A stretch of 18,351 nt of DNA from a virus (Duplodnaviria; Heunggongvirae; Uroviricota; Caudoviricetes): IMG/VR virus record IMGVR_UViG_3300033153_011579; one strand, given 5' to 3'. Below the pieces are notes generated by a model that made no database searches, was not told the DNA's origin, and worked only from the letters and a program-made list of their open reading frames with translations. Positions 1-7,620 of this stretch are shown piece after piece; within the stretch, counting starts at the first letter, position 1, and each line of letters opens with the position of its first letter. The position numbers and the translations under genes are program-made.

Positions 1-1
1 A

Positions 2-361
2 GTTCAGGCGAACGCGCGGATCGACGGGACGCCGGTACCGCACATCCTCATCCGGAGGCTGTCGCATCGGTTCGGTGCCGGCGCGTTCCGGATCCACCAG
101 GGCCACCTCTGGGTCAGCCAGGACGGCAAGTGGACGATCCACGTCCACCGGGACGACATCCGAAACTGGATCAGCGGCCAGGAGCTCACCGCCACGGTGG
201 GGGTAGCTCCCGACCCGTCCGAGTCCGGAGTCAAGGTAGACGTCGTCGAGTACGAGGAGTCGGTCCACGCCGACGGGAAGCCGGTCTACAAGTGCGGCGC
301 GTGCAGCGTGACCCGGCGCAAGGAAGAGTTGATCATCAAGCACATCGAGGAAAAGCACTGA
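2..361 (+). CDS. Partial (5'-truncated) protein with a C-terminal C2H2 zinc finger
   Basis: Frame +2 is open from the window edge and ends YKCGACSVTRRKEELIIKHIEEKH* (C-x2-C-x12-H-x4-H). Its TGA overlaps the next ATG (TGATG at 359-363). Not in the ORF track. Confidence 0.8.
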   Translation, partial: VQANARIDGTPVPHILIRRLSHRFGAGAFRIHQGHLWVSQDGKWTIHVHRDDIRNWISGQELTATVGVAPDPSESGVKVDVVEYEESVHADGKPVYKCGACSVTRRKEELIIKHIEEKH

Positions 362-618
362 TGGCGTCCAAGCGGACCAAGGCCGAGGTTGGACTGAGCA
401 TCGCTGTCCTGGCCGGCGCGACCTTCGGTGGGTACGTGGGCTACAAGGTGGCGACCCTGCTCATCCCGCTCGACTGGCGGTCGGGTTCGGAGGAGCATGC
501 CGGCAAGGGCCAGGTCGTCCAGGGGTCTGGTGCTGCGATCGGGTTCATCACTGGTCTGGTGCTGTCGGGCATGCTGCTCGGCAACGTGGGCAAAGCTTCG
601 AGAGCACTGGAGGCCTGA
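361..618 (+). CDS. Small two-helix membrane protein (85 aa)
   Basis: MASKRTK... followed by two Gly-rich hydrophobic segments (LSIAVLAGATFGGYVGYKVATLLI; GAAIGFITGLVLSGMLLG). The start is coupled to the upstream stop. Confidence 0.75.
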   Translation: MASKRTKAEVGLSIAVLAGATFGGYVGYKVATLLIPLDWRSGSEEHAGKGQVVQGSGAAIGFITGLVLSGMLLGNVGKASRALEA

Positions 619-619
619 G

Positions 620-979
620 ATGGCACAGCGACGACCAAAATGGCAGATGACCAAGACCGAGGGCGGGAAGTTCGCGCGAGCGGTGCTCAAGATGCTGAAG
701 AGCGCTGGTGCCAAGCCCAACACCGGAGAATTTTCCAGCATGTACAACATGCGGGTGAAGACCGGAGCTGGCGAGCTTCTGGTCGACACCAAGCGCATCG
801 ACGAGGGGACGGTATTCACGCGCTTCCGCAACCCGACGAAGGGCGCAAAGTGCGTCGGCAACTCCAACCCGTACAGCGGCAAGTGGAACTTCCACTTCGG
901 TCGCGTTGGGGGTAGCAGCGCCGCGACCTACTTCAAGAGTTCTCTGGCTCATGCGCGCCTTTGCAACATCGGGAAGTGA
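620..979 (+). CDS. Basic hypothetical protein (119 aa)
   Basis: ATG at 620 with GGAGG at 609-613. Contains the aromatic motif SNPYSGKWNFHF. The longer start in the track (428) overlaps the previous gene. Confidence 0.7.
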   Translation: MAQRRPKWQMTKTEGGKFARAVLKMLKSAGAKPNTGEFSSMYNMRVKTGAGELLVDTKRIDEGTVFTRFRNPTKGAKCVGNSNPYSGKWNFHFGRVGGSSAATYFKSSLAHARLCNIGK

Positions 980-983
980 GCTG

Positions 984-1220
984 ATGCCAAAAACATGCAG
1001 AGGGGTGAAGTGGAATTGCGACTCGAAGAACGCGTGCTACGGGACGTTCGGCAAGGGCAAGAGCGTCTGGAGCAGGGCGCTCCTGCGGGTCGAGTGCCAG
1101 CGCGGTGGGAAGTGCAAGGCCGAGGTGCTCCTTGGGAGGTTCATGGTCGGGCGAAAGCGCGGGATCAGGTCGATGGTATCAGCAAAGCGCTGGGCGTGCG
1201 CTCGAGCGCGTCGAGGATAA
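984..1220 (+). CDS. Basic Cys-rich hypothetical protein (78 aa)
   Basis: ATG 4 nt after the upstream stop. 20 K/R, 6 Cys and 3 acidic residues (counted by hand). Confidence 0.65.
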   Translation: MPKTCRGVKWNCDSKNACYGTFGKGKSVWSRALLRVECQRGGKCKAEVLLGRFMVGRKRGIRSMVSAKRWACARARRG

Positions 1221-1262
1221 TCAGCAACGCTGGCGAGACCAGCGAACAGAGGAGATAGTCTC

Positions 1263-1502
1263 ATGGCTAAGAAGCGTCGTAAAAAAGGTTCGGCAGTCAA
1301 GACGGTAGTGATCGTTGTGGGCGCGGCGGTCGCGATCCTCTTCGGTCTCCCGGTGCTGATGAACGCGATCCGCCCCGGTGGCACGGTCAACCCGAACTTG
1401 CCGATGGGGGAACCCCCCCAGCTCAACCGGATGCTCAACTTCAAGCCGGGCAAGACGCCGTCGTACGCGACGATGATGAACCCGCTGGGGATCCTCGGAT
1501 GA
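1263..1502 (+). CDS. Single-TM membrane protein (79 aa)
   Basis: AGGAG SD at 1250-1254. MAKKRRKK followed by VVIVVGAAVAILFGLPVLM and a Pro-rich tail. Confidence 0.8.
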   Translation: MAKKRRKKGSAVKTVVIVVGAAVAILFGLPVLMNAIRPGGTVNPNLPMGEPPQLNRMLNFKPGKTPSYATMMNPLGILG

Positions 1503-1720
1503 GCAATCTTGTGAAGCGCGAGGAGCTCGTCGGCTACGCCATTTTCGGCGTGAGCACCGCCGCGGGATTTCTGGCGCTCCGCAAGACGAAGCTCGGCCCC
1601 GGGTGGGGAGCTGCGGTCGGCGCGGGCGTCGGAACGCTCATCTCCCTGATCTGGTGGGGATTCCAAGTGAGCAAGGATCCGCTCACGGTCGGAAACATCC
1701 AGGCGCTCAAGAGGCGATAG
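1499..1720 (+). CDS. Two-TM membrane protein (73 aa)
   Basis: ATGA overlap with the upstream gene. Hydrophobic segments LVGYAIFGVSTAAGFLAL and WGAAVGAGVGTLISLIWWGF. Confidence 0.75.
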   Translation: MSNLVKREELVGYAIFGVSTAAGFLALRKTKLGPGWGAAVGAGVGTLISLIWWGFQVSKDPLTVGNIQALKRR

Positions 1721-1897
1721 ATGCCGAAGGCGAAGAAGCCCAAGAAGACGAGCTCGGTACCAAAGGCGTATGCCCGCGGTATCAGCTACGCGATCCGCTG
1801 GGCTCTACTCGGTCTCGGTGGCGTCCTCGCGTGGCGCATCGCCAACCTGCTGGTCGACAAGTTTTTGGGGACGGAGAAGAAAGGACTGCTGAGATGA
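1721..1897 (+). CDS. Single-TM microprotein (58 aa)
   Basis: MPKAKKPKKTSSVPKAYARGISYAIRWALLGLGGVLAWRIANLLVDKFLGTEKKGLLR*. It exactly fills the gap between the stop at 1720 and the ATGA overlap at 1894-1897. Absent from the ORF track. Confidence 0.75.
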   Translation: MPKAKKPKKTSSVPKAYARGISYAIRWALLGLGGVLAWRIANLLVDKFLGTEKKGLLR

Positions 1898-2211
1898 ACC
1901 GGATAGTTGGAGCTCTCATGGTGATCGGCGCATCCACGATCTCGGGCCTCCTGGGGTACGGGACGTACGGATACCTGAAAGACAAGAAAAAAATGTCGTC
2001 ATGGAAGGCTGGCGCGGTCACCGGGGCGATTGGCGGCCTGGTAGGCGGGCTCGCGGTCCTGATCGGCGTGACCCCCGGGTTGGGCGCGGTCATGGTGCAG
2101 CCCAAGAAGCTGCAGCCGGCGTCGGTCGCGACGCAGACGCCAGACCTCGGCTCTCAATTCGGTGCGATCGTCATGAACCGCCTGTACGGCTGCTCGGCCT
2201 GCGGAATATAG
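1894..2211 (+). CDS. Two-TM membrane protein with a C-terminal CxxC (105 aa)
   Basis: ATGA overlap. Gly-rich TM segments separated by KDKKK, ending GCSACGI. Confidence 0.75.
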   Translation: MNRIVGALMVIGASTISGLLGYGTYGYLKDKKKMSSWKAGAVTGAIGGLVGGLAVLIGVTPGLGAVMVQPKKLQPASVATQTPDLGSQFGAIVMNRLYGCSACGI

Positions 2212-2220
2212 GAGAACGTC

Positions 2221-2712
2221 ATGCAATCGATACTCTGCAGCCGCTGGCTGATGTGGGCCCTGATGGGGCTCGGTGGTGGTGCTGGCTTCCTGATCACGCG
2301 CAAGCGGACCAAGAAGGGCCTCGTGAAGGCCGGTGCGAGCGCCGGCGGTATCGCCGCGGGCTACGTCGCGTGGCTCTTCCTGAGCAAGATGTGCCAGGGC
2401 CAGCAGGAGCAGGCTCCACAGTTCTACGACGAGGAGCCGTGGATGGACGACGAGGCCTACGAGGAGCAAGCTCCGTACGAGCGCCAACCGGGCTCTGGGA
2501 CGGCGACAGGCCAGCGGCCGGGGGTTCCCCCAGGAGCAGCTTCTGGGTCTGATTACAGTACCCCCGACGCTCCTCCGAGGACTCCGGTCAGCTCCGCGAG
2601 GACGCCGACGAGGACGCCGGTCAACCCGGCGCTCGCCGCGAGCGGTGCCGCGGTGATGACCGGCTCGAGGACCATCGCCAACTCGATGTTCAGTGGGGCG
2701 TATGGGAGCTAA
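2221..2712 (+). CDS. Membrane protein with two N-terminal TMs and an acidic/Pro-rich disordered tail (163 aa)
   Basis: AGGAG at 2210-2214. Two TMs separated by RKRTKK, then low-complexity Q/E/P/T/S sequence. Confidence 0.75.
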   Translation: MQSILCSRWLMWALMGLGGGAGFLITRKRTKKGLVKAGASAGGIAAGYVAWLFLSKMCQGQQEQAPQFYDEEPWMDDEAYEEQAPYERQPGSGTATGQRPGVPPGAASGSDYSTPDAPPRTPVSSARTPTRTPVNPALAASGAAVMTGSRTIANSMFSGAYGS

Positions 2713-3709
2713 GACGAAAACCGGGCTGATGGTTCTCGGCGGCGTGGCCCTCGGTGGTCTCGGGCTGTGGGCGCTCCGTCGCTTCGGGCCGGCGGATGTC
2801 GAAGAGACTGTCACCCAGGACGAGGTTTCTGCGGGAAGGCGGGCGACGTCGTCGACCACGGCGCGTAAGAACGCAGTCCGCCAGGCCAAGGCGTCGAGCA
2901 AAGGTCCGCTGATGCTGAGCCTGGCCCCGATGGCCACGGTGAAGATCAAGGTGAAAGAGCCCAAGTTCGTGATCTCGTACTCGCCGGGTGGCACCGGGAA
3001 GCACGGGAGCGACTGGGACAAGGGCGGACGGCTGCGGAAGATGTACACCAGCGGCGATGTCGTCAGCCTGTCGCGCGCCAAGAAGCTCCTGGCGAACAGC
3101 ACGAAGGGGATGCTGTTCGGACGCCCGCGAGTGATCGTGTCGACCCCGCAGCAGGTCGCCAATGCGATGTTGAACCTCAAGAGCGAGCCCGATGGGATGG
3201 AGCTCTCCGAGCTTCCCGACTGGGGCGATACGATCAAGCTGAACATCCCGGCCGGGACGTATGTCCTGTCTCCGGAAGCGTGGCCGCATCGCGAGCACCA
3301 CTGGAAGTTCTTTACGAAATACTGGGCGTGGACTTCCAAAGGTCCGTTCGACCTGGCTGACCCCAAAGCCCCCGGTCAGCCCAAGTACGCGATCGAGGCG
3401 GTCAAGAAATTCCTTAAAGACGACTGCACGAAGTGGTTCACATACGTGGACATCTCATTCCGTAGCAACCTGGGCAAATCGTGGAAAGCTGTCGAGCTCA
3501 AGCAAGGCAGCAACGGCACGGTGACCCTGCAGCCGTACGTCACGATCTACATCAAGAAGTGGAAGAAGAAAGAAGCAGGATCGATCGCCTACAACGCCTG
3601 GTGCGAGACGACGTCGCTCGCGGTGAAGGCCGCGATGGTCGCCTCCGGAGGTCAACTCGGAACTCTGGCCGCGCTCCTGATGAAGGGCGCGGGGATATTT
3701 GCAAAGTGA
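2702..3709 (+). CDS. N-terminally membrane-anchored protein, possibly structural (335 aa)
   Basis: MGAKTKTGLMVLGGVALGGLGLWALRR signal-anchor, a soluble Trp/Lys-rich middle and a hydrophobic C-terminus. No family recognised. An alternative GTG start lies at 2693. Confidence 0.75.
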   Translation: MGAKTKTGLMVLGGVALGGLGLWALRRFGPADVEETVTQDEVSAGRRATSSTTARKNAVRQAKASSKGPLMLSLAPMATVKIKVKEPKFVISYSPGGTGKHGSDWDKGGRLRKMYTSGDVVSLSRAKKLLANSTKGMLFGRPRVIVSTPQQVANAMLNLKSEPDGMELSELPDWGDTIKLNIPAGTYVLSPEAWPHREHHWKFFTKYWAWTSKGPFDLADPKAPGQPKYAIEAVKKFLKDDCTKWFTYVDISFRSNLGKSWKAVELKQGSNGTVTLQPYVTIYIKKWKKKEAGSIAYNAWCETTSLAVKAAMVASGGQLGTLAALLMKGAGIFAK

Positions 3710-3766
3710 AAGACTGCTAGGCAGTCACAACGACCCCTGATAAGGTCGAATACAAGGAGAAGAAAA

Positions 3767-3994
3767 ATGGCACGCAAAGGAAAACGCTGTTACATCAAGC
3801 GCGCGAAGGTCCGGATGTGTTTCTGCAGCGGCAAGCGCCGGAAGCTCTCGAGCTGCGGCGTCAAACCCCGCAAGAAGCTCAGCAAGAAGGGCTACTGCAA
3901 GCCGAAGACCACGCGCAAGCGCGGCAAGTCCTGGATCTGCACCACCCGCGGTGGCGGCACGAAGTTCGTCACCAAGCGCATGCGCCGCCGGTAG
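3767..3994 (+). CDS. Protamine-like basic Cys-rich protein, putative DNA-condensing protein (75 aa)
   Basis: AAGGAG SD. 17 K + 14 R, no D/E, 6 Cys. Flanked by hairpins in both intergenic gaps. Confidence 0.7.
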   Translation: MARKGKRCYIKRAKVRMCFCSGKRRKLSSCGVKPRKKLSKKGYCKPKTTRKRGKSWICTTRGGGTKFVTKRMRRR

Positions 3995-4036
3995 CGGTGA
4001 GCCACCGCCCCCAGTATTGCGAGTACCACCGGTACC

Positions 4037-4065
4037 TTGACTCCTAACTCCTGATCATCTATATC
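4037..4065 (+). promoter_or_regulatory. Putative sigma70-type promoter for the glyco-module
   Basis: TTGACT-N17-TATATC in the 95-bp intergenic gap. The -10 box lacks the conserved final T. Confidence 0.4.
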
Positions 4066-4087
4066 TGTCCCTGCGGCGAAAGGGACA
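4066..4087 (+). promoter_or_regulatory. SD-sequestering hairpin upstream of the ATG at 4090
   Basis: TGTCCCT-GCGGCGAA-AGGGACA. The 3' arm holds the AGGGA SD-like sequence and ends 2 nt before the ATG. Confidence 0.5.
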
Positions 4088-4089
4088 CA

Positions 4090-4797
4090 ATGGATTTACG
4101 CACGGTCATCAACTGGGCTCCGTACCCCGCGGGGACTCCACGCTCTCACCAGCAGTTCATGGCGGTCAGCCGGTTCGTCGAGCACGCACCGAGCTGGGCC
4201 GAGCTCGTCCTGTGCGTCCTGCCGACCGAGGAGATCCCCGAGGTCGTGGTCGACGGCCAGCGCTGTGATTTCCAAAAGGCGATCCTACCGAGGGACGCCT
4301 TTGGAGACCACGCCGGCCAGCGGCACCTCCCGTACGTCAAGGACGTGATGGACCTCGCTGCCGCCGATTCGGGTGACGACGCCTGGTGCGGCTTTTTGAA
4401 CTCCGACATCATCGTGACTCCCGAGTTCTTCACGAAGATCGCCAAAGCCCCGAGGAGCACCCAGATCATCCTCGTCCACCGGACGGATATTCGAAAATAC
4501 GACGTCGACCCGAAGGACGGCCAGAAGGTGAACCAGAACACGTGCACCGACGGGTTTTTCATCAGACGCGGCCTCTGGCAGAAGGAGCGGGCCCAATACC
4601 CGGACTTCATCCTCGGCGAGCCATGGTGGGACACGGGGACCATCTTCTGGTCGAAGGCCAAGGAGCTCGAGACACTCCGCCTGATCGACAACGAGTGTCT
4701 CCACATCTGCCACAGCAGGTACTGGGCTCGCAAGAGTCTCGGAGCCACCTACAACTCGATGCTCGGCAAGCATCTGTGGAAGTCGATGGCGAAGTGA
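4090..4797 (+). CDS. GT-A-fold glycosyltransferase-like protein, paralog 1 (235 aa)
   Basis: GFLNSDI (DxD-like), DGFF, FILGEPWWD and LHICH..W, matching the motif order of GT-A nucleotide-sugar transferases. Paralog of 9469..10143. Confidence 0.65.
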   Translation: MDLRTVINWAPYPAGTPRSHQQFMAVSRFVEHAPSWAELVLCVLPTEEIPEVVVDGQRCDFQKAILPRDAFGDHAGQRHLPYVKDVMDLAAADSGDDAWCGFLNSDIIVTPEFFTKIAKAPRSTQIILVHRTDIRKYDVDPKDGQKVNQNTCTDGFFIRRGLWQKERAQYPDFILGEPWWDTGTIFWSKAKELETLRLIDNECLHICHSRYWARKSLGATYNSMLGKHLWKSMAK

Positions 4798-5087
4798 TGT
4801 CAGTCAGGAAGATCAGAAAGCCGCGGGTCAAGTACAGGCAGCAGAGCGCTGGGCCGCAGCACGCCACCTGGAAGTGTCCCAGCTGCAAGTCGAACACGGT
4901 GGTCCTCAACTGGGAAAAGCGAGACGAGCACGGCAACCTCCCGGAGGACAAGCCGCCGATCCAGTTCGTCTGCACGAACAGCGCGTGCAAGAAGATCTAC
5001 AAGGAGACCCACGCGGACTATCACTTCGGCCCCGCGGCGGTTGAGGCCGTCCGCCGGATCCGGCTCAAACAGAAAGAGGAGGGCTAG
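4797..5087 (+). CDS. Zinc-ribbon-like protein (96 aa)
   Basis: TGATG overlap. WKCPSC and VCTNSAC Cys pairs. Confidence 0.7.
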   Translation: MSVRKIRKPRVKYRQQSAGPQHATWKCPSCKSNTVVLNWEKRDEHGNLPEDKPPIQFVCTNSACKKIYKETHADYHFGPAAVEAVRRIRLKQKEEG

Positions 5088-5092
5088 CCCTC
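5079..5092 (+). promoter_or_regulatory. Junction palindrome GAGGGCTAGCCCTC (SD in stem, upstream TAG in loop)
   Basis: Perfect 14-bp palindrome. TAG 5085-5087 is the upstream stop and the ATG is at 5094. An identical copy lies at 13971-13984. Confidence 0.7.
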
Positions 5093-5093
5093 G

Positions 5094-5825
5094 ATGTTCA
5101 TCGCGTTCGCCACAGGGTCAGGTCGGTGCGGGACGCAGACGTTCGGAGCGCAGATGCAGCGGCTCGAGCACGTCGTCGGTCTCCACGAGGGAAGGCATCA
5201 GGCGTATCTCGGCTATCGGAATCCACCCAAGGCCCCGCACCTCGTCTGCGGGAGCGACCAGGCGCGTTCCTGGAATGCCCGCGCGCTCCAGATCCGTCGT
5301 GAGCTCTTCATGAAGGGAGAGGCCCAGGTCGGATTCGGAGAGGGAGCGCACTACCTCGCGCTCAACCTCGACCTCGTCGCCGAGGTTTTTTGTGACGCAA
5401 AGATCGTCCACCTCGTCCGCGACCCGTTCGATCAGGTGGCTTCGATGATGCAGCACGCCGGTCCCGAGGTCTACGGCCAGCCCGGAGGTCTCCACCATCG
5501 GAACGAGACCGAGTGGAAGCGCTGGCCCGACTGCTTTCCGATCTACGACGGGGCGACGACGCGCGCCGAGGGTCTGGCGCACTACTGGCAAGACGTCAAC
5601 CAGGCGATCGAGGAGCAGGCGAGCCTGCCGGTACTGCTCGTTCGTACCGAAAATCTCGGGTCACCAACCACCTGGGACGCGATTCTGGATTTCATCGGTC
5701 TGGATGCCACCGTGACGCATCCACAACTCGTGTTCAACGCCCGAAGACCGGCCTACAAGGCGATGCCCATACCGAACGACGTCAAAGACGCCGTCACGAG
5801 GATCTGCACATGGACCCCAAGCTGA
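5094..5825 (+). CDS. PAPS-dependent sulfotransferase (243 aa)
   Basis: N-terminal 5'-PSB loop TGSGRCGT, 3'-PB motif HLVRDPFDQVAS, and VRTENL (a YEDL-like motif). Confidence 0.8.
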   Translation: MFIAFATGSGRCGTQTFGAQMQRLEHVVGLHEGRHQAYLGYRNPPKAPHLVCGSDQARSWNARALQIRRELFMKGEAQVGFGEGAHYLALNLDLVAEVFCDAKIVHLVRDPFDQVASMMQHAGPEVYGQPGGLHHRNETEWKRWPDCFPIYDGATTRAEGLAHYWQDVNQAIEEQASLPVLLVRTENLGSPTTWDAILDFIGLDATVTHPQLVFNARRPAYKAMPIPNDVKDAVTRICTWTPS

Positions 5826-6532
5826 TCTGGATCGCGAGCTTCCCACGGTCGGGCAACACGTTGCTGAGGAGGATCCTCCACAGCGTCACCGGCTGGCCAA
5901 CCTATTCGCTCTACCCCGACCTCAATATCGCCGACCAGCAGCGCGAGGAGATCGGCCACATCGAGGTTCCCAAGATGTGGCAGGACGCCGCACGCGTCCC
6001 GTCTCTAGACCCCGGGCACCCGCGGTTCGTCAAGAACCACGAGTGGCCAGCTCCAGGAGACTCACGGCCTGCCGTCCTGGTCGTCCGCGACGGTCGCGAC
6101 GTCCTGTGCAGCTTCGCGCGCTACCTCAAGACCAAGGAGTCGTCCAAGTACGTCAAGATGAGCCCCGAGGGCGTCCTCGACCGCCTGATCGACGGCAAGG
6201 GACCGCACGGCTCGTGGAGCCAGCACGTCAAGAAGTGGCTGGAGCATCCTCAGAAAACAGTGCTCTACTACCACAACCTGGCCGAGCTCGCGAACAAATA
6301 TCAGAGCGCCACAGTGGGCGTCGTCACGACCCTGCTCGACCTGTGCGGGGTCGCATCGGACACAATCGATGAGCAGGCTAGCCTGCCGGCTTTTGAGGAG
6401 CTGCACGCGGCCGACCCGGATTTTTACCACCGCGGTGGGTCGTACTGGAACGAGGTCATGACTCCCGAGCAGCACGACCTTTTTTGGAAGAAACACGGGT
6501 ACGCGATGGACGCCTTAGGATACAGGAGATAG
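5810..6532 (+). CDS. PAPS-dependent sulfotransferase, Sulfotransfer_1-like (240 aa)
   Basis: IASFPRSGNT (5'-PSB), FVKNH, VVRDGRDVLCS (3'-PB), GSWSQHVKKW and FYHRGGS.W. ATG at 5810. Confidence 0.88.
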   Translation: MDPKLIWIASFPRSGNTLLRRILHSVTGWPTYSLYPDLNIADQQREEIGHIEVPKMWQDAARVPSLDPGHPRFVKNHEWPAPGDSRPAVLVVRDGRDVLCSFARYLKTKESSKYVKMSPEGVLDRLIDGKGPHGSWSQHVKKWLEHPQKTVLYYHNLAELANKYQSATVGVVTTLLDLCGVASDTIDEQASLPAFEELHAADPDFYHRGGSYWNEVMTPEQHDLFWKKHGYAMDALGYRR

Positions 6533-6535
6533 ACG

Positions 6536-6730
6536 ATGATACACGCCAAGCCTGTAAAGCGCATCGAGGTCATGGTCGATACAAAAGGTGGAGTCGCCCG
6601 AAAACAGATTTCGCTGAATCACTTGACCACGCCCGAGCAGCGAGAACCTCTACTGATAGAAGAAATCGCTCAGCGGGAGGCCGAGAAGCTGGTTGAGTGG
6701 GATTATGAAATAGTGGGTGAGCCCCGTTGA
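6536..6730 (+). CDS. Hypothetical protein (64 aa)
   Basis: AGGAG upstream. Fills the gap between the sulfotransferase and the next gene, with a TTGA overlap. Confidence 0.6.
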   Translation: MIHAKPVKRIEVMVDTKGGVARKQISLNHLTTPEQREPLLIEEIAQREAEKLVEWDYEIVGEPR

Positions 6731-7584
6731 CACCGCTCGACCTCACCGAGGCGAACGACCTCCTGTCGACCTGGCTGCTGAGCGGCGAGCCGTTTCTCGC
6801 CGGCCGGTACGGGCTCACCGAGGCCTCCGTCTGCTGGTGGAAGGGGATGCGGGGCAAGGTCTTGGGAAAACCCATCAGGAGCCAGCTCACGTGGGGCGTG
6901 GGCGTCTACCCGACGACGCCCGCCATGATCGACGAGCTCATCTCGCACCAGATGTGGGCGGCGTCCCATGCCGACGGGATCGTCCGCTGGGGGTCTGGGA
7001 AGGTCCACGGCGAGGATCTTTTGCTCGAGCATACGACGAAGGACGACGTGGCGTTCCTCCCGCCCGAGGTGAATTTCGCGTTCCTCCAGCTCGAGCGGCC
7101 GTGGACGCAGCACCTCGCCGGGAAGCGGGTCCTCGTCGTCCACCCGTTCGTGACGACCATCATGGAGCAGTATTGGGAAAAACGAGAAAAGCTGTTCGAC
7201 AACCCGTCGATCCTGCCGGAGCTCGACAACCTGACGGTGATGGACGGTATCCAGTCGATCGGCGGGACGGGACCGCACAACAACTGGGTCGAGTCGCTCG
7301 ACATAATGAGCGATGCGATCCGTATCCTCGTGAGAGACGACGTGTTCGACGTCGCGCTCATCGCCTGCGGAGGTTACGGGTTCCCGCTCGCAGCTCGCTG
7401 CAAGCTGGCCGGCAAGCCGGCGATCCACCTTGGTGGCGCGCTCCAGCTTCTGTTCGGGATCAAGGGTCGGCGGTTCGACAAGAACCCCGTCGTCACGCCG
7501 TTCTATAACGACCACTGGGTGCGCCCGCGAGAATCCGAGCGCCCCAAAGGCTGGGAGAACGTCGAGAACGGCTGCTACTGGTAG
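6727..7584 (+). CDS. GT-D-like (DUF1792-related) polysaccharide-locus protein, putative glycosyltransferase (285 aa)
   Basis: PWTQHLAGKRVLVVHPF, FDVALIACGGYGFPLA, GKPAIHLGGALQLLFGIKG and C-terminal ENGCYW. I recognise this pattern from a conserved family in bacterial glycan loci; the fold assignment is tentative. Confidence 0.6.
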   Translation: MTPLDLTEANDLLSTWLLSGEPFLAGRYGLTEASVCWWKGMRGKVLGKPIRSQLTWGVGVYPTTPAMIDELISHQMWAASHADGIVRWGSGKVHGEDLLLEHTTKDDVAFLPPEVNFAFLQLERPWTQHLAGKRVLVVHPFVTTIMEQYWEKREKLFDNPSILPELDNLTVMDGIQSIGGTGPHNNWVESLDIMSDAIRILVRDDVFDVALIACGGYGFPLAARCKLAGKPAIHLGGALQLLFGIKGRRFDKNPVVTPFYNDHWVRPRESERPKGWENVENGCYW

Positions 7585-7589
7585 CCCAC

Positions 7590-7605
7590 CCCACTAGTGG
7601 GTTTT
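7590..7605 (+). terminator. Short hairpin plus U-tract (weak terminator/attenuator candidate)
   Basis: CCCACTAGTGGG palindrome 5 nt after the stop, followed by TTTTAATG and the next SD. Confidence 0.4.
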
Positions 7606-7620
7606 AATGAGGAGAGCACG

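Noticed and set aside
2981-3004. Walker A P-loop (SPGGTGKH) in the 335-aa membrane protein, suggesting a packaging ATPase
   Set aside because: It lacks the leading G/A and the S/T after Lys, no Walker B is evident, and it follows a signal-anchor.
1999-3366. 455-aa minus-strand ORF
   Set aside because: Antisense shadow of well-supported plus-strand genes in GC-rich DNA, with Arg/Pro-rich composition and no motifs.
3712-3726. N4-type virion RNA polymerase hairpin promoters
   Set aside because: The loops do not match the purine triloop type, the hairpins track stop and start codons rather than operon starts, and a sigma factor rather than a single-subunit RNAP is encoded.
6715-6724. Degenerate junction hairpin GGG-TGAG-CCC before the TTG at 6727
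   Set aside because: The 3-bp stem could easily arise by chance, so it was not counted in the hairpin family.
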